Source of the DNA: an uncultured Nitrososphaerota archaeon | Lineage (GTDB): Archaea; Thermoproteota; Nitrososphaeria; Conexivisphaerales; DTJL01 | DNA: 64,000 nt | Assembly (NCBI GenBank): GCA_963842885.1 | Contig: CAWJIE010000003.1 | Span: forward strand, 96,001 to 160,000 | Direction: 5' to 3' | In this document: positions 51,559 to 62,450 of the stretch, one piece after another | Layout: the number at the start of each line of letters is the position of its first letter | Position numbering within the stretch: position 1 is the stretch's first letter | Program-made: the position numbers and the translations under genes | Notes under the pieces: model-generated | The model's database searches: none | Told to the model about the DNA's origin: nothing | The model's input: the letters and a program-made list of their open reading frames with translations, nothing else

Positions 51559-53938
51559 ATGTCCGTCCTGCCCAGAGACAGCCAGCCGGCGCCCACGCCT
51601 CTGCTGGATGTCAGCGCGATGGTCTCCCACTATCTGGATACTGTCGCTTCTGTCATCCTGATACTCGACGTGCAGGGCAGGATTCTCTATCTGAACGCCT
51701 CAGCCGAGCGCCTAATCGGTTACACCCTGTCAGAGCTGGCCGGCAAGGACTGGGTGAGGCGAGTTCATCCCTCAGATGGACCTTGAGAGCACGCGCTCCA
51801 TCCTGGAACGGATGAAGGGTGGTGAGACTCCGACCCGACTCACGAACTCGGTGAAGACCCGTGGAGGCGGGATGAGGACCATCACGTGGAACAACACCCT
51901 CGTCCGCGACGACGCGGGCACCATCACCGCCATCGTCTGCACCGGCGAGGACATCACCGAAACCATCGCCCTCCAGGACGAGCTCGAACGCACCAGGGAG
52001 AAGATGGAGTCCGCCCTGGAGAGCGGAACCATACTCCTCATCACGGTTGATTCGCTCTGGCGCATAGACTTCATCAACAAGCGCACCGAGATGGTCACGG
52101 GCTACGACCGCGACTCCATCCTCGGGAAGGACATCTCCGTCCTCCTGCCGAGGCTGGCGGGAAGCGACGTGGAGGACCTCCGCAACACCGTGGCCGGCGG
52201 CGGGACATATGGGCCGGTCGACGTAAGCCTGAGGACGAAGCCCGGCGTCTTCCTGGAATATGAGGTGACCGTGGACCCGATCTTCATCCACGGCAGCGTC
52301 GTCGGAGCCGTCGTGACCGCTCGGGACCTCATAGGCAGGAGGGAGTCCGAGTCCAGGATCAGGCTGCAGGCGGCCATACTCGACCAGGTGGACAACGCCG
52401 TCGTCGCCTCCGACATGAGGGGCGGGATCGTATACTGGAACAAGGAGGCCGAGAAGCTCTTCGAGAAGAAGCGTTCGGAGGCCATGGGGATGCCTGTCTC
52501 GGACATCTGGGGGGATCTCGTTTCATCCAAGGGGATGGGGGAGATTATGGCCGCCGTATACGAAAAGGGGAGCTGGGAGGGCGTGCTGAGGGTCAAGAAG
52601 GATAGCAGCGAGGAGAGGATGACCGTCCTCACCATCTCGCTCGTTGAAGACATCCATGGGGCCCCCATCGCCATGGTGGGCGTGTCAACCGACATCACGG
52701 AGAGGCTCAAGATGGAGCAGGCCCTCAAGGAGAGCGAGGAGCGCTTCCGCAGGCTCGCCGAAAACGCCGTCGACGTCATCTTCAGGATATCTCCGGAGAA
52801 GGGCGTGGAATACGTCAACAGGTCGGTGGAGAAGGTCCTCGGCTACACGGTCGAAGAGATGTACGGCAACAGGGAGCTGGGCCTCCAGCTCATCTCGCCC
52901 GGCGACGTCTTCATGCAGAAGGAGATGCTGGACGAGCTCAGGGCCGGCGTGAACTTCAGCGGCGGGATACGCTCGAAGTGGGTCACGAAGGACGGAAGGA
53001 CCGTCCATCTGGACGTCTCCATCGTCCCCGTCGTCGACGCCGAAGGGAAGCTGATGGCCGTGGAAGGGATCGCCCGCGACGTCACGAAGACGGTGGAGCT
53101 GGAGGAGGAGCTCAAGAAGTACAGCCAGGAATTGGAGAAATTGGTCGAGAAACGCACCGGGCAATTGAAGGAGTCTCAGGAAAGGCTGGTCAAGGCTGAG
53201 AGACTGGCCGCCATAGGCGAGCTCGCCGCCCAGGTGGCCCATGACCTCAGGAACCCGCTGACGAGCATCAACACCTCGGTCTTCTTCCTCCGGGACGCCA
53301 TGGTCGAAGGCGAGAAGCCGGAGGTGGTGAAGACGATGACGCTCATCGAGAAGTCCGTCAAGCACGCTAACGCCATCGTCTCCGACCTCCTCGAGTATTC
53401 GAGGGCGGAGGTGGGAGAGAGGAAGGAGGTCTCGCTCGTCGGGCTTGTCAGTTCGGCCCTAGAGCGGTCTCCCCTGGGCCAGTACGTCAAGGTGGAGCTC
53501 AACCTGAAGCCTGAGATCGGAGTGTACGCCGACGAGCAGAAGCTCCTCAGGGTCTTCTGCAACCTCTTCAGGAACGCCGCCGACGCGATGCCCGGCGGAG
53601 GCACGTTGACGATAAACGCCGTCCAGGTCGAGGACACGGCGACCGTCGAGGTCAAGGACACGGGGGTCGGGATCAAGAAGGAGCACTTGGACAAGCTCTT
53701 TACGCCGTTCTTCACGACCAAGTCACAGGGGATGGGCCTGGGTCTGCCCATCTGCAAGAGGATAGTCGAGGGCCACGGCGGCACCATAGCCATCACTTCG
53801 GTGCCTAAGAAGGGCACGACCGTCACCCTGACGCTCCCCACCAAGGTCTCGGCTGCGAACGAGGGGTCGCTCGGGCCGCCGCCGCCGGGCTCCACCATTT
53901 CCCTTAAGAAGTGGACGGGGCCCTCCGTAGGCTCATAG
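51559..53938 (+). CDS. cytoplasmic multi-PAS sensor histidine kinase, frameshift near 51760
   Basis: Four PAS repeats; AHDLRNPL, NAADA, DTGVG, FTPFFTTK and GMGLGL boxes; no TM segment. Confidence 0.92.
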
Positions 53939-54064
53939 CCCGTTAGTCATTGTGGGCCAGCGGCTCATCCCCACCACGCCATGTCGTCCCGTCGCGCCGG
54001 CCTGCGCGGGGGTCATCAAAAGAGACCGTATACACAAAGGTTATAGTGCCGTCCGGCTTATGTC

Positions 54065-54544
54065 GTGGTAATGAAAGAAAAAGCAGCTTCTAAGGCGAGC
54101 ATTCTCGTCATCGACGACGACGAAGGAATCAGGACTTCTCTTGCGAACGTGCTTGACCTCAAGGGCTACTTGGTGGACACGGCGAAGGACGGGAAGGAAG
54201 GCCTCTCGAAGTACAAGAAGCATCACTATGACCTCGCTCTCATCGACATTGTCCTCCCTGACATGAAGGGAACCGAGCTCCTTACGAAGATGTCAGGTGG
54301 CGTTGTGGACATGGTAAAGGTGATCGTCACCGGTTACCCCGACCTGGACAACGCTATTAAGTCCGTCAACGAAGGCGCCGACGGCTACGTCATCAAGCCT
54401 TTCGACGTGAAGGAGCTACTTGACAAGGTCAGCGCGCTCCTCAAGAAGCAGGCGGAGAACAGGAAGTACTCCGAAGAGAAGGTCACCGAGTACATTAAGG
54501 AAAGGGCGAAAGAGCTCTCTGAAAAGAAGACCAAGGGCAGCTGA
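54065..54544 (+). CDS. response regulator (REC plus short helical tail)
   Basis: LVIDDD, LIDIVLPD, VTG and KPF motifs. Confidence 0.92.
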   Translation: MVMKEKAASKASILVIDDDEGIRTSLANVLDLKGYLVDTAKDGKEGLSKYKKHHYDLALIDIVLPDMKGTELLTKMSGGVVDMVKVIVTGYPDLDNAIKSVNEGADGYVIKPFDVKELLDKVSALLKKQAENRKYSEEKVTEYIKERAKELSEKKTKGS

Positions 54545-54567
54545 AGGGCCGCAAGAGGGGTTGCCTC

Positions 54568-54892
54568 CTGTCATCTGCGGACCGCACCGAAGCGCTTGAA
54601 GAGAAGAAGAGACGGCTGCTCCTGACGGTAGATTCTTCCCTGGAGGTGCTGGGCAGGGTGGCCTCCACTGCGCTGAGGCTGAGCTTCAAGAAGGTGCAGA
54701 AGTCGGAATGGAGCAGTCATAGTCGATGACCCCGAGCTTCTGGAGAAGCACATCAGGGCGGTATTCAGCGGCGGCTCGGTGGTCTTCATCGACATAGTCA
54801 ACAAGAACATCTGCAGAGAGTTCGGTCTTCCGTACGCGGAGGGGATGGGCCTGGCCGACTGCGTGAAGCGAGCCATCTCGTCCGGCCACTGA
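54568..54892 (+). CDS. DUF3227/NitrOD5-like small helical protein, frameshift near 54715 (absent from the ORF track; start uncertain)
   Basis: VDSSLEVLG...IVDDPELLEKHIRAVFSGGS..I...ICREFGL; parallels ORF 56890..57225. Confidence 0.6.
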
Positions 54893-54894
54893 AC

Positions 54895-55833
54895 TCAGAA
54901 ATAGGAAAGGCGCGTCTTCTCGGCTGCTGCCGCTATCCTTCGGATCTCCCCGGGCGTCAGCCTCCAGCCTGCCGCCCCAGCGTTCTGCTCAGCCTGCCCG
55001 GGGTTCTTCGCTCCCGGGATGGCGACGATCCCTCCCCTGCTCAGCAGCCAGTTCAAAGAGACCTGGGCCATGGTCTTGCCCCGCTCCGACGCCACCTCTC
55101 TCAGCGCCTGCAAGAGGCCCTCCGCCTCCTTCAGGTTGCGGGAGTTGAAGAGCTTCCCCTCCACCCTGGCCGGGTCCTTCGGCACCTTCCCCGCCGAGTA
55201 CTTCCCCGTCAGCACGCCCTTCGCCAGCGGGCTCCAAGCTATGACCGAGATCCCCTCCTTCACGCAGTAGGGAAGGACTTCGGCCTCGACCTCCCTCTGC
55301 AGCAGGTTGTACCTCACTTGGTCGGAGACGATATCCAGGCCGTCCAGGAGCTCGCGGGCCTCCTTGAGGTCCCTGACGGCGAAGTTGCTCACGCCCACAG
55401 AGGCCACCTTCCCGTCCCTGCTGAGCTTCTTCAACCCGCTCATCGTCTCGCGCAGCGGGACCTGCTCCCAAGGGTCCGTCCAATGCATCTGATAAAGGTC
55501 GATCTCCTCCACGCCCAGCCTCGCAAGGCTGGCGTCGCAAGCCTTCAGAAGGTCGCCGTAGTGGAGGTGTTCCCCGTGGAACTTGGTGGCGACGACGAAG
55601 TTTTCGCGGCCGAACTTCTTGAGTGCTTGCCCCACGACCTCCTCTGAATGGCCGTCTCCGTAGAGCTCCGCCGTGTCGATGAAGTTGACTCCCAGCTCAA
55701 GGGAGCGCCCGATAGCCTCGATGATGGAGGAGTCCGAGAAGTCCTTCCCCCATTCCTTCCCGCCAGCCTGCCAAGCGCCGAACCCTATCACCGACACCTT
55801 CGGTCCCGTCCTCCCCAGCCTGATGTATTCCAC
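54895..55833 (-). CDS. aldo/keto reductase
   Basis: IDTAELYG, VATK, DLYQMHW, GVSNF, WSPLAKG and IPGAK motifs. Confidence 0.93.
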   Translation of the reverse strand: MEYIRLGRTGPKVSVIGFGAWQAGGKEWGKDFSDSSIIEAIGRSLELGVNFIDTAELYGDGHSEEVVGQALKKFGRENFVVATKFHGEHLHYGDLLKACDASLARLGVEEIDLYQMHWTDPWEQVPLRETMSGLKKLSRDGKVASVGVSNFAVRDLKEARELLDGLDIVSDQVRYNLLQREVEAEVLPYCVKEGISVIAWSPLAKGVLTGKYSAGKVPKDPARVEGKLFNSRNLKEAEGLLQALREVASERGKTMAQVSLNWLLSRGGIVAIPGAKNPGQAEQNAGAAGWRLTPGEIRRIAAAAEKTRLSYF

Positions 55834-55931
55834 GTCGACCCGAAGGTTCCATGCCGTCGCCCATACATAGAGGTTGTCTCGTTGTTCCTGCTTCGTTCTT
55901 AAATAGCCGCGAAGAAGGGAAAGCGTACGCA

Positions 55932-56822
55932 ATGAAGTTCGGAGTCTGCATCCCCAACTTCGGAGAGAACCTCTCGCCTGACTCAGTGCGTGCCGTATGC
56001 GAAGCCGCCGAGCGGCTGGGATACGACAGCGTGTGGACCACTGACCACCTTGTCACGCCTGCCGGGGCATCGTCTCCCTACAAGAACATCCTGGAGAGCG
56101 TCGCGGTCCTGGCGTACGCCGCCGCCCTCACCAGACGAGTTGCCCTCGGGACCTCCATAATAGTCGTACCCCTCAGGGACCCGGTGCTTCTGGCCAAGCA
56201 GCTGGCTACCGTCGACCAGCTCTCAGGGGGACGCCTCATCGCGGGGCTGGCCGTGGGCTGGTGGGAGGAGGAGTTCAAGGCCCTTGGGAGCAACTTCCAC
56301 GACAGGGGGGTCCGCGCCGACGAGGAAATCGAGCTCCTGCGTTCGTTGTGGGCGCAGCCGGTCGTTGACTTCATGGCCAGACACTACAGGCTGAGAGACG
56401 TCACCTTCGACCCCAAACCTGAGCAGGGAGCCTCTCTCCCCATCTGGATCGGCGGGAACAGCAGCTCGGCCGTCAGACGCGCGGTCGCCCTCGGGAACGC
56501 CTGGCACGCGACCAGCATCCCCTTCGACGAGTTCCAGGCAAGGGCGAAGGAGCTGAGGAAGCTGGCGGGGAAGCGCCAAGTGCTCATCACGAGCCGGATG
56601 GCCATCGACCTAGAAGCAAAGGGACCGAGGCTCACGACCAACCCGGCGGGCGAAAGGAGGGTCGTCTGGGCAGGCCTGCCAGACGCACTGATCGCTTCTC
56701 TGGAAGAATACAAGGCGGCCGGCCTGGAGTATCTGGTGGCCTACTTCGGAGACAAGGAATCGGACAAGTACGTCTCCGACATGGGGGAGTTCGCCAGGGC
56801 CGTCTTCCCAAAGCACCGCTGA
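55932..56822 (+). CDS. LLM class (probable F420-dependent) oxidoreductase
   Basis: GYDSVWTTDH, LAKQLATVDQLSGGR and PIWIGG motifs. Confidence 0.92.
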   Translation: MKFGVCIPNFGENLSPDSVRAVCEAAERLGYDSVWTTDHLVTPAGASSPYKNILESVAVLAYAAALTRRVALGTSIIVVPLRDPVLLAKQLATVDQLSGGRLIAGLAVGWWEEEFKALGSNFHDRGVRADEEIELLRSLWAQPVVDFMARHYRLRDVTFDPKPEQGASLPIWIGGNSSSAVRRAVALGNAWHATSIPFDEFQARAKELRKLAGKRQVLITSRMAIDLEAKGPRLTTNPAGERRVVWAGLPDALIASLEEYKAAGLEYLVAYFGDKESDKYVSDMGEFARAVFPKHR

Positions 56823-56889
56823 AGGATGCCGCGTGACGGGTCTGCCTCAAGGTTAAGTTAAAATACCCTCAAGCGCATTTGGACTTGCG

Positions 56890-57225
56890 TTGAATGCGGA
56901 AGGCGGGCTTCGGAAGACCTCGGTCACCGAAGACCCAAAGCCATCAGCCGACACCGTCGCTCTGGTCCTGGATGGCTGCCTCTACGCGTTGCTGGGGGGC
57001 CCCGCCTCCAACGCCTTCCGGACGTACATCAAGAGTCAGAGCTCTGTCACAATCGCCGACCTCGTCGACGACCCGCAGAAACTCCACGAATGCCTTCAAG
57101 GCGTCTTCGGTGACTCCGCGCTTATCATCGAAGAATTCATGGTCAGGAGCCTCGTCCGGGAGTTCAGCCTTCCGGGCACGCTTTGCATCGACCTCGTCTC
57201 CACGCTCAGGGCCGCCAGGGTCTGA
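56890..57225 (+). CDS. DUF3227/NitrOD5-like small helical protein
   Basis: LD..L..LLG...LVDDPQKLHECLQGVFGDSALIIE pattern. Confidence 0.65.
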   Translation: MNAEGGLRKTSVTEDPKPSADTVALVLDGCLYALLGGPASNAFRTYIKSQSSVTIADLVDDPQKLHECLQGVFGDSALIIEEFMVRSLVREFSLPGTLCIDLVSTLRAARV

Positions 57226-57305
57226 CCGGCGAGTGACGGGCCCCTCTCGAGCTCACGTTTAAATCGCCTCCTCTCCAAGGTTCCCTTTGGGAGTGCTCCG
57301 GACCC

Positions 57306-59468
57306 TTGGCCCCTTCGTCGAACCTGTCTCATCTTTTCGACCCGCACAGCATCGCTGTCGTGGGTGCCTCGTCTGACCCGACGAAGATTGGCTTCGAGGT
57401 CTTCAACAGCATGGCGACTTCGAAGAAGGTGGGCTCCTATTCGGGAGACCTCTACCCGGTTAACCCCCGCTACTCAGAAATCGCCGGGATCCCCTGCTCC
57501 CCCAATGTCGCATCCATCAAGGGCGACGTCGACCTGGCCGTGGTCGTCGTGCCCTCCCAGAACACGCCGGCCGTGATGTCGGACCTGGCCGCGAAGGGCG
57601 TGCCGGCCGCCATCATCGTTTCAGGCGGCTTCGGCGAGGTGGGGAACAAGGGGTTGGAAGACGAAGTCATGAAGATCGCTTTCGAGAATGGGATCAGGGT
57701 GCTGGGGCCCAATACCCTGGGCATCCAGGACCCCTACACAGGCGTGGACACGTTCTTCCTCCCTGAATGGAAGACGACCACCAAGGGGCACGAAGCCATA
57801 TCATCGCCGAAGCCCAGGCCCGGCTCCATCGTGCTGGTCAGCCAGAGCGGCGGGGTCGGGGCTGCCCTCATCGACTACATCGTGGGCAGCGGTGCCGGCC
57901 TTCGGGCATTCGTCGGCCTCGGGAACCAGGCTGACGTCACCCTGGACGAAGTCATATCCTACTACGCCGACGACCCTAAGACGAAGGCGATCCTCCTCTA
58001 TATCGAAGGGGTCCGCAAGGGCAGGAATCTCATAGAAGCTTGCTCGACGGCGTCCAAGAAGAAGCCCATAGTGGCCCTCAAGGCCGGGAAGAGCGAGTCG
58101 GGAAGGAGGGCGGCGTTCACGCATACGGCCTCTATGGTCGGCCAGAAAGAAGTGTACAGCGCAGCCTTCCATCAGGGAGGCATCGTGGAGGTCTCCACAA
58201 TCGAGGACCTCTTCGACGCGGGGAAGGTGCTTTCGATGCTCGCTCCTCCCTCTGGCGACAGGGTCGTCATCGTGACCAACGGCGGAGGTGCCGGCGTCAT
58301 CGCGGCCGATTCATGCGAGGAGCTGGGGCTGGAGGTGCCAGCCCTCAGCGACCGTGCCGCGAAGAGCCTTGAAGACCTGAAGAACGCCGGGAAGATCCCC
58401 TCCATGATAACCCCCAACAACCCCCTCGACCTGACGGGCTCAGCTAGCAGCGAGACGTTCAGGCTCGCCAGCATCGCGCTAAAGGAAGGCTACACGTTTG
58501 ACGCTTGGCTTTACATCACCCTCCACCACGCCCCCGCTGTCTACGACGACGTGGTGGACGTGATATCATCGGTGCGCAAGGAGCACGGCCAGCCCGTCGT
58601 GGCCTGCGACGTGGGCGAAGCCGAGTGGGCCAGGATCATGAGGTCGAAGTTCGAATCTTACGGCATACCGTGCTACCCCACGCCCGACCGGGCTGCGAAG
58701 GCCATCCACTTCCTTTCCCGCTACGGCTTCATCAGGAACGACCCCGAGGTGTGGCAGGACACGCAAGCCCTAAGCGACAGGGCTGGCTGGCTGAGGTCAT
58801 TCGTCGGAGGAGGCGGGGAGCCCGTCCTTCTCGAACCCAACGCCAGCCGCCTCCTGGCGGAGTACTCCATTCCGCTCCTGCCATCCGCCGTGGTGGCGGA
58901 CGAGGATTCTGCTGTCAGGGCGGCCGACTCGATGGGATACCCGGTCGCCCTCAAGATCGTCGCGGCTGGCCTCAGCCACAAGATGGACGTAGGCGGAGTG
59001 GTCCTCAACGTCGGTGACAGCATTGGCGTAAGGGGCAATTTCGACGTCCTGAAACGTAAGGTGAGCGAACTGGGACTCTCGGACTCCTTCAGAGGCGTCT
59101 ATGTCCAGAAGATGGCCGAGCCGGGATTCGAGCTGCTCATCGGCGGACACAGGGACCGGTTCTTCGGCCCCGTGATCACGCTGGGAGCGGGGGGGACGTT
59201 CACCGAGCTCCTCAGGGACTTCACGCTGAGGGTTGCCCCATTCACCGTCGGCGAGGCGGAAGATATGGTGAACGAGCTGCGAATCTCTCCCATATTGAAG
59301 GGCTACCGAGGAAAGGCCTCATACGACGTGGAGTGCCTCAAGGACGTCATCGTCAAGCTCTCCAGGATAATGCTTGAGAACCCCTCCGTCAGCCAGATGG
59401 AGATCAACCCCTTCTCGGTCTTCTCTTCGGGAGGGGCGGTCGTCGACGCCAGGGTCCTCCTTGGCTGA
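57306..59468 (+). CDS. ADP-forming acetate/acyl-CoA ligase, fused alpha-beta
   Basis: IAVVGAS, GPNTLG, SQSGG, phospho-His HTAS, NPLDL and ATP-grasp GYPVALK/HKMDVGGV. Confidence 0.92.
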   Translation: MAPSSNLSHLFDPHSIAVVGASSDPTKIGFEVFNSMATSKKVGSYSGDLYPVNPRYSEIAGIPCSPNVASIKGDVDLAVVVVPSQNTPAVMSDLAAKGVPAAIIVSGGFGEVGNKGLEDEVMKIAFENGIRVLGPNTLGIQDPYTGVDTFFLPEWKTTTKGHEAISSPKPRPGSIVLVSQSGGVGAALIDYIVGSGAGLRAFVGLGNQADVTLDEVISYYADDPKTKAILLYIEGVRKGRNLIEACSTASKKKPIVALKAGKSESGRRAAFTHTASMVGQKEVYSAAFHQGGIVEVSTIEDLFDAGKVLSMLAPPSGDRVVIVTNGGGAGVIAADSCEELGLEVPALSDRAAKSLEDLKNAGKIPSMITPNNPLDLTGSASSETFRLASIALKEGYTFDAWLYITLHHAPAVYDDVVDVISSVRKEHGQPVVACDVGEAEWARIMRSKFESYGIPCYPTPDRAAKAIHFLSRYGFIRNDPEVWQDTQALSDRAGWLRSFVGGGGEPVLLEPNASRLLAEYSIPLLPSAVVADEDSAVRAADSMGYPVALKIVAAGLSHKMDVGGVVLNVGDSIGVRGNFDVLKRKVSELGLSDSFRGVYVQKMAEPGFELLIGGHRDRFFGPVITLGAGGTFTELLRDFTLRVAPFTVGEAEDMVNELRISPILKGYRGKASYDVECLKDVIVKLSRIMLENPSVSQMEINPFSVFSSGGAVVDARVLLG

Positions 59469-59568
59469 TGCCCGTGCTGGGGGACCGGCGGCGTCGCGGT
59501 CTTAGAGACTGCCTAGGAAGCCGCTAGTCGAGAATGAATAAAATACCAGTGAGCTCGTCCTCCTTGCT

Positions 59569-61006
59569 ATGACCGCCTTGGACAGAGATCTTGCGGAACG
59601 CGCCATCGAAGCCGCGACGAAGGCCGACGCCGAATACGCTGAGGCTCGCCTTCAAAGGAACGTCGAACAGATGGCGGTCCTGAAGAACGGCGAAGTCGAG
59701 GCACCGGGCTACGGCGACACCCTCGGTATCGGCGTGCGGGTGATGTATAAGGGTGCCCTAGCCTTCGGCTCCACCAACGTCCTCGACAGGTCCAGCGTCA
59801 CGGAGCTGGCCACCCGCCTCACCAAGCAGGCGAAGGCGTCCGCGCCATACTTCAAGGAGAAGGTCAAGATGAGCCGAGAGGACGTCCATCTCGCAAAGTG
59901 GGGAGCGGAAGAGAAGGAGAGCCTGGACGACATCACCTTGGAGAGCATCATCTCGTACCTGAAGGAGCTGGACGCGGTAGCCACTTCCGCTGGCGGCGAC
60001 GTCAAGCTGGCCAACAGGGTGCTCTATCTGCTTAGCGAAGTAGACGAGAAGTACTTCACGAACTCCGACGGCTCCAAGCTGGATAGCCGGGTCCCACGCC
60101 TCATGGTCTACGGCATCCTGACGGGAGTTAGCGGAGGGAGCGTCGTGCAGAGGATGGTTCAATACGGGGAGGTGGGCGGCTGGGAGGCGCTGAAACGCAT
60201 GAAGTATCCTGGAGAAGGTGGGCGAGGAATCCTCCATGGTGCTGAAGATCCTGAAGGACGCGGCCAAGTTCGTCCCCGGGGAGATGGATGTCCTAGTCGG
60301 TCATGAGGTCGCGGGCATCATGGCACATGAGTCGGTGGGCCACCCCGGAGAGGCCGACAGGATACTTGGCAGGGAGGCCGCGCAGGCGGGGGAGTCCTAC
60401 CTGTCTTCGGACGACGTGGGCCTACGGGTCGGGAGCAACGAAGCGAACATCAGCGACGACCCCACGCTTCCACATGCTTACGGCCACTATCTCTACGACG
60501 AAGAAGGGGTGAAGTCTCGCAAGAGGAGGCTCATCGCGGGGGGCGTGATCACAGAGCTGTTGCAGAACAGGGAGACCGCGCAGACATTCGGGGTCGACAG
60601 CAACGCCTCAGCCAGGGCAGTCCGCTACGACAGGGAGCCCATCATCCGGATGGCCAACACCTATGTGGAGCCCGGCGACTACACCTTCGAGGAACTCCTC
60701 AAGGAGATCAGCCACGGGGTCTACATCAAGAACTTCATGGAATGGAACATCGACGACAAGAGGCTGAACGGAAGGTACGTCGGGCACGAAGCATATCTCT
60801 TGGAGCACGGCGAGATCAAGGGTCTAGTCCGCAATCCCATCATCGAGATAAGCACCCCCAGGCTCTGGGGCGGCGTCCACGCCCGGGGGAGGGAGATGGA
60901 GTTCGGCGCCGCCACATGCGGGAAGGGCGACCCCTCGCAGGGCGCACCCGTGTGGCATGGCGGCCCCCAGTTCGTGGTGAAGGGTGTCAAGGTTGGAGCG
61001 AGGTGA
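59569..61006 (+). CDS. tldD: TldD metalloprotease, frameshift near 60210
   Basis: HESVGHPGE, YDEEG, RMANT and CGKG motifs. Confidence 0.9.
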
Positions 61007-61012
61007 GCCCGC

Positions 61013-62338
61013 TTGAGCAGTGAAGAGCCTATCATCTGGACGACCGCAAAATGCCGAGAGCTGGGCACAGACGACTTCAGCGTCCTCCTCTATCATAGCG
61101 ACGAAGGCCAGGCGCGCTTCGGCAACAACAGCCTGACCATCACCAACCGTCTCCTGAACAAGGAGATCGTCGTGTACATGACCAAGGGGAAGAAGCGGAT
61201 TTTCGGCGAGCTTTCGACGATAGATAGGGGCAGCGTCGAAAGGTTCGTCGAGCGGCTCTTCAAGTCGATGCTGGCCGCCGGCGGCGAGTCGGAGTTCCCC
61301 CACCTTCCCTCCGGACCGTTCAAATACAGCTTCAACGGCGATTTCGACCCTCGCGTCTCTGGATTCGACGTCGCGGGCCACGCTTCGAGGACGATTGAGG
61401 CGGCACTCGCGGCAGGGGCCCGGAGGGTCGCGGGCTCCCTTTCGACAGAGAGATATACCGTGACAATCTCCACGTCGAGCGGCGTCAGCGCCAGCGAGGA
61501 GCGCAGTCGGTTCCTTCTCAACGTAAGGTCCTTCACCGATAGGGAAGCCAGCGGCCAGGGGGTCGCCGTCTCCACCAACATGGACGACTTCGACATCGAA
61601 GCGGCCGGCCGCACATCGGGGGAGAACGCCAAGCTCAGCCGGAACCCCAAGTCGGTTGAGGTCGGAGACTACACGGTCATCATGGGACCCACTGTGGCGG
61701 CCGAGCTCATGCAGCACGTGGCCAACTCGACCTCGGCTTTCAACGTCGAGGCGGGCCTGTCGTTCTTTGCCGGATCCTTGGGCAAGGAAGTGGCTGCTGA
61801 AGCCTTCACCCTGGTCGACCACGGCCAAATCAGAAACGGCCTACGAAGCAGGTCCTTCGACGATGAGGGAGTCCCCACCAGGAGCAACTCCCTGATCGAG
61901 AAGGGCGTTCTGAAGACCTACATCCACAACAGCACCACCGCAGCCAAGCACAAGGCCGCGCTGACTGGGAATGCGGGGCTCCTGGAGCCTCATCCATGGA
62001 ACATCGAGGTCAAGGGCGGCAGCCACACCCTCGAAGAGATGATCCGGGAGACGAAGAGGGGCATCTACGTCACCAACAACTGGTACACACGATTCCAGAG
62101 CTACACCAAGGGCGAGTACTCCACCCTCCCCAGGGACGCTGCCTGGCTCATCGAGGACGGCGAGCTCAAGACCCCCGTCGCCGGCATCCGGCTGAGCGGA
62201 GAGATACCACGTCAGATCAAGGAGATGGACGCGATAGGGAAGGAGAGGCGGTGGGTCCAGTGGTGGGAGGTCGAGGTCCCCACACTCATCCCCGCGCTGC
62301 GGGTCCCCAACGTCAGGGTGACGAAGGCATCGGGCTGA
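61013..62338 (+). CDS. pmbA: PmbA/TldE family protein
   Basis: FDDEG, TGNAG and WYTRF motifs; no HExxxH; directly follows tldD. Confidence 0.88.
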   Translation: MSSEEPIIWTTAKCRELGTDDFSVLLYHSDEGQARFGNNSLTITNRLLNKEIVVYMTKGKKRIFGELSTIDRGSVERFVERLFKSMLAAGGESEFPHLPSGPFKYSFNGDFDPRVSGFDVAGHASRTIEAALAAGARRVAGSLSTERYTVTISTSSGVSASEERSRFLLNVRSFTDREASGQGVAVSTNMDDFDIEAAGRTSGENAKLSRNPKSVEVGDYTVIMGPTVAAELMQHVANSTSAFNVEAGLSFFAGSLGKEVAAEAFTLVDHGQIRNGLRSRSFDDEGVPTRSNSLIEKGVLKTYIHNSTTAAKHKAALTGNAGLLEPHPWNIEVKGGSHTLEEMIRETKRGIYVTNNWYTRFQSYTKGEYSTLPRDAAWLIEDGELKTPVAGIRLSGEIPRQIKEMDAIGKERRWVQWWEVEVPTLIPALRVPNVRVTKASG

Positions 62339-62450
62339 GTGGAGAACCCCCAACTGCAAGTCAAGTAATCAGAAAAACATATAAAGTGCTTCGTCAAGCT
62401 CTTGTTTCGCAGATTATAGCAGATTAGAGAAAAGGAGTGTTGATTGAGAC

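Noticed and set aside
40400-61000. More than a dozen frameshifts as programmed frameshifting or mass pseudogenisation
   Set aside because: They are single-base indels, some in short homopolymers (e.g. the C-run near 47035), in otherwise intact genes with no nonsense decay. Long-read consensus error is the simplest explanation; read mapping would settle it.
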